Positions 62,901-64,000 of a DNA stretch of 64,000 nt are shown here, piece by piece. Every line of letters begins with the position of its first letter. The first letter of the stretch is position 1. The stretch comes from Tubiluchus corallicola (Eukaryota > Animalia > Priapulida). The translations under genes and the position numbers were made by a program. Location: assembly GCA_030141605.1 (NCBI GenBank), contig JAQGDQ010000830.1, positions 1 through 64,000 of the forward strand. Reading direction: 5' to 3'. A model generated the notes under the pieces. That model had not been told where the DNA came from and did no database searches. It saw nothing but the letters and a program-made list of their open reading frames with translations.

Positions 62901-64000
62901 TTACGTGACTCGCATAATTAACACTGTAGAAGAGTCAACTGCTGATGCCCATGAAGCTTTGCAAAAAGCTAAAATATCACAGAAAAAGTGGTATGATAAA
63001 ACCACTTCAGAACGCTCGCTTGAAATAGGGCAAAAAGTTCTTGTTTTAATGCCTGAAGGTAAAAGCAAAATGCAAAAGCGCTATCGTGGCCCCTTTATAG
63101 TTGTTGATAAATTGTCTGATTGGACATATAAAATACATTTAGGAGGCAAAAGTGCACGCAAACGCGATACAAGAACATATCATATCAACATGTTGAAACC
63201 ATTTGTTGAACGCGACGAGCACATGGCTTTGTTTGCAAAGTGTGAGGAATTTAGTACAACGTCACTAGACAGTGTTTTGTCTGAAGGTGGTTGTGGTGAT
63301 GTGAAGATGGATGAGCAGGAGGAAAATGAGTGTTCATTGAAACTTCCTGAATATGCATTCCCGCCTTCTGCCTCACCCACCCAGTCTCTCAATGATGTAG
63401 CATATGATTCTCATCTCAATGATGAACAGATCAGTGAGTTGGCAGCAGTACTTGCAGAATTTTCAGAGATGTTCACCGATCTTCCCGGGTGCACTGAATT
63501 AGTTCAACATCGTATTACTCTAACAAATCCTACACCAGTTAGACAGAGGCCATACCGAACTCCTCATGCTCGCAGAGAGGTTATCAGAAAAGAATTAGAA
63601 GAGATGCAGAAATTACAAGTGATACGCAGATCTAATTCTGAATTTTCTTCACCAGTTGTCCTGGTACCAAAAGAAGACGCTGCATCAGGTTTTCGTTTCT
63701 GTATAGATTATAGGCTTTTAAATGCTCAAACGGCTTTCAATCACTATATCATGCCTCGGGTAGATGACATCGTGGACGGCATGCATGGCGCTCTGTGGAT
63801 AACCACATTAGACCTTTCAAAGGCGTACTGGCAAATAAAACTCGCCAAAGAATCCCAAGCATACTCTGCTTTCGTTACAGAATTTGGAAAATTCGAATTC
63901 GTTGTGATGCCTTTTGGCCTTGTCAACAGTGCACAAACCTGTCAAAGTTTGGTAGACAGGGTGTTAGAAGCTGCAGAGGAATATGCCCACGGATACATTG
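59940..64000 (+). CDS. Gag-pol polyprotein (HeH-like N-terminus, coiled coil, SCAN-like capsid, knuckle, protease, integrase, RT), one frame break at ~60330
   Basis: The frame from 60310 appears stop-free to the window end, which would explain its absence from the ORF track. Motifs: YLERFR..ETFRQLFVRL..W..EQ; CNTCGELGHKRTQR; IRDSGAS; AHDAHMAGHLG..CRSCVPCQ; MDIIGP; RFCIDYR, LDLSKAYWQI, MPFGL. Confidence 0.9.

Larger units (their letters stand above)
58401..64000 (+). mobile_element. Gmr1-like Gypsy LTR retrotransposon (5' LTR, PBS, gag-pol; continues past the window)
   Basis: LTR ends CGTCACA (59377) and begins nnnGACG, matching the expected TGTGACG; PBS; gag, PR, INT, RT in that order. Confidence 0.93.

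Overview
AT-rich, intron-containing, TE-dense animal DNA, probably invertebrate; not prokaryotic. (1) 1-5815 is the right end of a Polinton/Maverick element. Its terminus ...ACTACT is inserted into an old LINE. It carries an intact but N-terminally incomplete protein-primed DNA polymerase B lying head-to-head, 39 bp apart, with a possible PC4-like/acidic/Pro-rich ORF. (2) 5.8-13.3 kb holds nested LINE, BEL/Pao and Gypsy remnants. (3) 14772-26149 (-) is a manually reconstructed 8-exon, 479-aa ZnT1/SLC30A1-like zinc exporter with an intact HD-HD transport site but a C-terminal domain lacking the usual His ligands. (4) A CR1/L2-group LINE carries a 2A-like motif, followed by MITEs. (5) Two Gly/Tyr(/His)-rich candidate secreted-protein genes (34.5-35.8 kb and 46.6-47.0 kb, -) flank a 3.9-kb 35-bp satellite with nested higher-order repeats and many MRE-core matches. 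(6) A degenerate zinc-knuckle LINE lies at 49.3-53.6 kb. (7) From 58.4 kb to the window end is a young Gmr1-like Gypsy element (SCAN-like gag; PR-INT-RT order; tRNA-Leu PBS). All calls are by eye from the sequence and the ORF track; no database searches were run.
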